DNA of 26,142 bases from Macrostomum lignano (lineage: Eukaryota): NCBI GenBank assembly GCA_002269645.1, contig NIVC01005108.1, positions 1 to 26,142 on the forward strand. The letters are read 5' to 3'. A program made the position numbers and the translations under genes. This document shows, piece by piece, positions 20,679 to 26,142 of this stretch; the stretch's first letter is position 1; each line of letters opens with the position of its first letter. A model generated the notes under the pieces. The model did no database searches. It had not been told where the DNA came from and saw only the letters and a program-made list of their open reading frames with translations.

Positions 20679-22942
20679 TTACCAAAACGAGCACTTTTCA
20701 CTCGGGTTCATCGTCTGCCGGACTCCGCACTGGAAGACTTGGGCAAATCCTTTGCTATTCTCCATCATTCCGCGAACGCGCAGATGCGGCGGGCTGTGCT
20801 TGATGTTCTTGAAGCGCCGCTTTAGAGCCGCTGGCTCGGCCTTCGTGCACCAGGCCTGCGCCGCTTGAACGAAGAACAGTCGCTCGGGCGTCAGTTCAGA
20901 TGGCAGGTTCGGCAGCTGCAGCCGGCGACCAGTCTCGCCCTGTAATTGCATGGCACAGCGATGTCATTGCCCAGAGTCGTATTGGAGCCGTGCGGTACGC
21001 CGGGCACCAGCTCATAGGAGCCGTATCGAGAACGCACGCATTCGACCCGGCGCAGGTACTCCTCGGTGGTCCGGTTGTCCCAGTGGTTACCGTGGATTCC
21101 CTCCTTGTTGAGCTGGCGGCCTTTGATGTCGAATGCGTGACCGATTTCATGACCAACGACCAATCCCAGGCCGCCCAGGTTCATGTAGTCAGGATAGTCC
21201 CTATGGTACATCGGAGGCGACAGTATTCCCATGGGAAACACGATCTCGTTGCGCCGCATGTAGTTGTACGCATTAGTTGTAAGGCCACTTAAAGTGAGAA
21301 AGGCTGTGGTAGCCGAGCTGTTTTCCGTCGATAGCACGCCGAACTTCTTTCGTGCCGATGCCCAGAGCGCAATGGAGAACAACCTGCCAAAGTCCTTATC
21401 CACTGAGACTTTCGAATATCGGCCTTTTCGAAAGGAATTAATAGCAGGCGAATAGTACGCAGAAAGTTGGTCGGCTGACAAGACCTCAAACCCTATTGTG
21501 TGCTTGAGCGACAGAAGCTTTTCAATAATGATATCTTTCGTATCCGACTCTATCCAGTCCTGATTAAGCACGCTGTTAACTGTTGCATTCTCCAGGAGGT
21601 CGATCAAATTCTGCACATGCTCAAAGTTCTCTGCATGGTAGGCCTTCTGATACATTCGCTCAACTACTGGAGACAGCAAGTCTTTAGTGCGCTTCATGCA
21701 TGCATCTACCGGTCTCCCCACTGCTTTATCCATCACATCTTCTCTCAGTGGGGACTCAGTCCACATGCGCTCTAAACGCATGGGTAGGAACCTCGCAAAA
21801 CTTAGCAGCCAGTCAACAACAAGAAAGCTTTGGTAAATGGAGAGCTTTCTACTGGCTGAATATGTTGATTTCTTTTTGAAGTACGTCACAAAGTTTATTA
21901 CTCGCTTTGGATTCTCCAGCTCCACCAAGGCATCCGGGTCGTAGTCAGACTGAACCAGCTCGTCAAAGAATAGGCTCCACGAAAATGGATCAGCTGGGTT
22001 TGCACATTGACTAAGCGCATCTAGATCACGGATCTTGTGCTGCTGTTGCTTGGCAAGCTTGCTGCAGCCATCCGACCAATTAGCGTATCGTTCGGACTGC
22101 TGGATCTGTTTTAGAACTCGACTGAAACTGAAACTCTCGTTAGCGATGGTCAGAACAGTCGCTCCGCCAATAGAACTGAAAAATGTTAATATGGGCTCGA
22201 AATTGGACATTGAGCGGTAGAGCTTTGTACTTGCTGAAATAACCACTCTGCTAGCCTTTCTTAGCTTATTGCTGTCGCCTCGCTTCAGCTCTCGAATGTA
22301 TGATGAGGACACGCGGACATCAAACATAGTATGGACATCCGTATTCACAATGCGGGCTAAGATTGATTCGATTGTCCGATTAGACCGTCTTGGACTGACG
22401 GCTTCAACAAGATGCTTGAGAAGGCTAGAGAAGAAATGCTGAGCCGCAACTGTGTCATTTTTCATGGATCTATAGCGCATCCATTTGGTGCAACTGCGAA
22501 AAAGCATCCTTGTAAGGTTGTACAAGTCTCTAACTTTCGGATCCGTGCTGTTGACTACCCAGTCCAGCATCAGCACTTCGAACAGATTGCTGCGTAGTTG
22601 ATTTCGCATCACAGAGTAGGAGTTCTGGTAGAAGGTCGGGCCAGTTAGCTTTAATGACTTGAAAACCTCATCGGGGTCGTATTTGTAGTTCACTGGAAAG
22701 TTGCCGCATGCGTAGTTGTAAAAGTCAACGCATGGATTTGCGCTGAAATTCATCTTGCTAGAAACAGCGGCAGAGAGTGCAACACAGGCTGACGCTTGGC
22801 ATACGCTTGTTGCTGGTTAATCATTGCGTGATTGCTCTCGACAGAGCGGCAGCTGAGAACTGCTGTTAGCCTCTTCTGTCACAGACTGATCCGTCGATGG
22901 CACCGCGGAGACAACCGCTAGAAACGCGAATAAAGCGAGCAT
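20679..22942 (-). pseudogene. Intronless M13 (neprilysin/ECE-like) metallopeptidase gene, disrupted as assembled
   Basis: Signal-peptide-like MLALFAFLAVVSA (ATG 22942); CxxxxCV and NPCVDFYNYACG; NAYNY...NEIVFPMGIL; GHEIGHAFD (HExxH at 21151-21137); AQAWC, HSP..LRV, terminal CSFW* (TAA 20681-20679). In-frame TAA at 22819-22817 and a frameshift with missing sequence at ~20956. The family call is secure; pseudogene versus assembly error is not. Confidence 0.8.
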
Positions 22943-23785
22943 CAAGAACAGTTTGGCCGTCGGATTGGGGTCAGAAAAATATCTGCATAAACTGTGTCTG
23001 CACACAGGAACACTTATAGCAAGTGCCACTTTCAAATAAATAATCTGAAGTTCTGAATGCGCTTTACTTTGGCCAGTTTGCGCTAAAACTGGTCCTCCTG
23101 GTCTGCCATTCGCTTCCTTCGAGTACAGCGATGGCTAGCGATGGCTAACTTTGAAATTTAGCTGAAATAATAACTGGTATTAACTGGTATGCGCCAGTTC
23201 TAAAACCAACTACCGAGTCAACGTGCAGAAATCTAGTGTAAATACAAGTTTTGACCGTTTAATGTATGTGTACATGTACGTGTACTATAATGGGGTTGTT
23301 GCATATAATTTTGCGATGCTGCCAAAAATCACGCAGTTTTTTCCATTTCCCTTGACCCCTGAGGACACCCCTGAACACGCTATGTGTGTAACACTTTTCT
23401 ATAGCCTTTCTCACGGGTAATAAATTGAAATGGAAATTTCAAGCTACTCGCATCCATCAGCCAGACACAAACAGGTCGGTCCCTAACGCTTTATTACGCT
23501 GATATTAACCCGGACCTTTTAAACTGATAGATTTTGATTTGCACCTGTATATTCTGTTCAACAAGTTAGCAATGACGTTATCAGCTTAAATTAGCTAAAG
23601 GTACTTATTTTTATGAGCATGAATTTTGATTCACCAAAATTTGTCTATGGTAGTAAATCAAGTGAAATCTGCAATGGCAAATTTAGCGTAAATTGAAATA
23701 AAAATAAAAAAGTTAAATATTTTTGTACCCACCCATACTTGCTCAATCCGCCTCTGTCTCAGACTTGCCAGCTATAGCTATTCTA

Positions 23786-24269
23786 ATGGTGACTCGAGCC
23801 ATCGCATTCGCAGTTTGTGTGTGCTTTGCGGTTTTATTTTCTGCTGGCGATTGTTGCACCTGTGAGTTGTTGCTGAACCTCCTCTACTCGTGCCTACATT
23901 TGCTGGAATCAGTTAATTTTTTATCCGCAACTCCCTACCAACCAAATTGTAGCCACAGTAAAAAAAGCTATCGTAGTGCCGAAGCCAAAGCTCATCGGCT
24001 GCTTCAAGGACGAGGTGCTCAACCGTGACTTCACTGAATACGGCGGCCTACGAATTAACAGAATGGACGCTGAGCAGTGCCAAAAGTTGTGCACCCCGTT
24101 GGCAACAACCTACATGGGCATACAGGGAGATGAATGTTGGTGCGGCAACTCGTTTGGCAAACACGGCCAGGGCACGGAGAGGGACTGCGGCCAGGTGTGC
24201 TCCGGTAGCATGGATGAGCACTGCGGCGGGGAAAACTTCAATAGCGTGTACGAGGTTTCACCCGAATAA
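23786..24269 (+). CDS. Small secreted single-WSC-domain protein; exons 23786-23861 and 23977 (or 23959)-24269
   Basis: Hydrophobic leader MVTRAIAFAVCVCFAVLFSAG; donor GTGAGT at 23862; WSC pattern LIGCFKD...C...C...G.ECWCGN...C...CSG...CGG...VY with 8 Cys; TAA at 24267-24269. Confidence 0.85.
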
Positions 24270-25974
24270 TTATTTTCAAGCTGAAGACACGATGCACGGT
24301 AGTTCGGTAACTTACTTTTTTATACTACTTGTCAATGTGTACTGAGCTTTGAAAAGTACATAGTGTACTGAGCTACACAATCTTAGATGTATTCTTAATT
24401 TCCATCGTAAGAGACTACTAGTAGTAGGATTTCGGTTGAATTTTTTGCTTCTGTTAAAAAGAATAGCTATATGTCATACAACTCATATGATAGCACGAAG
24501 CGTTTTCTGTTATATATCAAAACGTATAATGTTTTTCTAATGTTTTAATGTCGTCAGCATTTTCTAAATATTTTCATATGCTAACACAAAATTTAATTAG
24601 ACCTCGTGATGCACGTGCACAATGCCACAGGTATACATATATGACTCATTTCATGAGTATCGAGAATTTTGCAGATCCTTGACTAGATCCACACCGGAAC
24701 TGCTTGAATCTTTGAATTAGAAAACAGACTTTCGATATGCAACAAATTATTTTTAAGACTGTCATGTGTAGCGGGTATGAACCATAAATGCACACACATG
24801 TATGCCTGAAGTTGTTTCACTGCTTTAAAGTACATCATTAAATTTTGAAACGCACCAAAATATACATGTAGGGCGTCATTTATTACACATTTTTTCTTGC
24901 GCCTAGTATATGAAAACTGTAAATCATACTGTTTCACTTAAATCTGGAGATATGGACATGCATTTAGATAATGAATAAATATAAACTGTATTTCCATGTT
25001 TTGTGCGTGTCCCATCAGTTCTTGTTTGCGCGTCCTTTCTCATCACACGTAGCATCGGCCTCGTGTAGATGGCTGCAATCAATCAACAAATTGAGCTGAC
25101 AAACCAGATCACTTCTGAAATATAGGTGCAGAAGTGACCGTTTTTTCACCACTCATTCAATTCTTAAGTCTCGCCAATAAAAAAGAAGCTGGATCAGTTC
25201 TGTACTTGGGTCTCTGGTTATGGACGTTGTGACGGTTTGAGTTCTTGTACATCGTATTAGCAAAAGTAATTAATAATTTGTATTTGTGTACGTACTGGCT
25301 GACCTGTTAATCAGAGAAAGTTTTTCACTATATTTTTAAATCTTAATACTCCAATTTCAAATGACTATAAAAAAAGGTTTGAACCTTGAATAATTTCCCT
25401 GCACTCTGTTTGTCTCGTTTTGTCGCTCGTCGCTTTTGGCCTTATGCTGAGTCTAATAATTTGTAGATAAATATATTGAATAATTCGAAGATTTTTCGAC
25501 AGTATTTCGACAGCTCGACCTTGTAATTCGCCTAATCCACTAGGCTTATTCACTACATGTAAATCCTGATAGACCGCTACACCACACATCAACGACGTAT
25601 CTGTTTCCCCATAGATATCCGTATTGATATTCAATTTCTAAAAAATGCAGCAAAATAAACTTACTTGTACAGCTCGGATTTGCATGAAAATTTACAGAAA
25701 ATTTATTACACACAAAACAAACGCCTGTGTGAAATTTCAAGTCTATCAGACCACGCAAAGCGGAACGACAATATTTTTAAAAGTACTCGTTCAGTACGAG
25801 TATTTATAGTGAACAAGCTGTTTAAACCCGGGGAATTTCAATCCCCGGAACTTGATCATGTTGGCTAGTGGTGTTGCGCAAGAATGTCAGGCAATGTCTG
25901 TCTTAAAACAAGTATTGGCAAACTCCGACCTCTGCCCTGCGCCTTCCTATACGTCCCTTGGATCCTTTGAAACT

Positions 25975-26142
25975 TCTGTCAATTCTCTCCTGTTTCCTCT
26001 TTTCTGTCTCGTCTCTTATCTTCTTCTCTTCTTTCTCTCTCCTTTCTTCCCTCTCCCCTCTTCTTTCTTGTCTCTCCTTATCTTCTTCTCTCTCGTCTTT
26101 GTCTATCAGCTCCCCTTTCTCATCTTTTTTTTGCTCTGTTAT
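25975..26142. repeat. Pyrimidine-rich (CT) low-complexity tract, possibly a minus-strand E/K/R-rich coding segment
   Basis: Almost purely C/T on +; the minus frame from 26142 is open to TAA at 25905-25903. Confidence 0.6.

Noticed and set aside
20896-22597. Short ORFs overlapping the neprilysin gene on either strand
   Set aside because: Alternate-frame or antisense by-products of a long coding sequence.
19781-22819. Reassigned genetic code (TAA as sense), suggested by two in-frame TAA-C codons
   Set aside because: TAA ends the neprilysin (CSFW*) and WSC genes at the expected positions, so it is a normal stop here.
25640-25760. Sequence reminiscent of DNA-transposon subterminal regions
   Set aside because: I found no matching inverted repeat, TSD or transposase fragment in the window.

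Overview
Eukaryotic (invertebrate animal) genomic DNA with GT-AG introns. GC-rich exons and short introns inflated by tandem repeats recall macrostomid flatworm assemblies, but the taxon is an inference only. Left to right: (1) the 3' end of a protein-kinase-like gene (+, 1-677, several apparent 1-bp deletions). (2) A complete syntaxin-1-type t-SNARE gene (+, 1396-17108) with two homologous 109-nt copies of the Hc-helix exon (3272-3380, 5396-5504), which look mutually exclusive. A ~10-kb head-to-tail pair of non-autonomous Helitron-like elements (5846-9299, 9300-15796) fills one of its introns. Each element carries a tRNA-derived A/B-box module, a 23-bp satellite and an 18-bp satellite. (3) An unidentified low-complexity gene (+, ~19115-20275). 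(4) An intronless M13/neprilysin-like gene with an in-frame stop and an active-site deletion (-, 22942-20679). (5) A small secreted single-WSC-domain gene (+, 23786-24269). Almost all ORFs in the supplied track between 1.3 and 16.6 kb are tandem-repeat artefacts. Family calls come from motif recognition by eye; no database searches were run.
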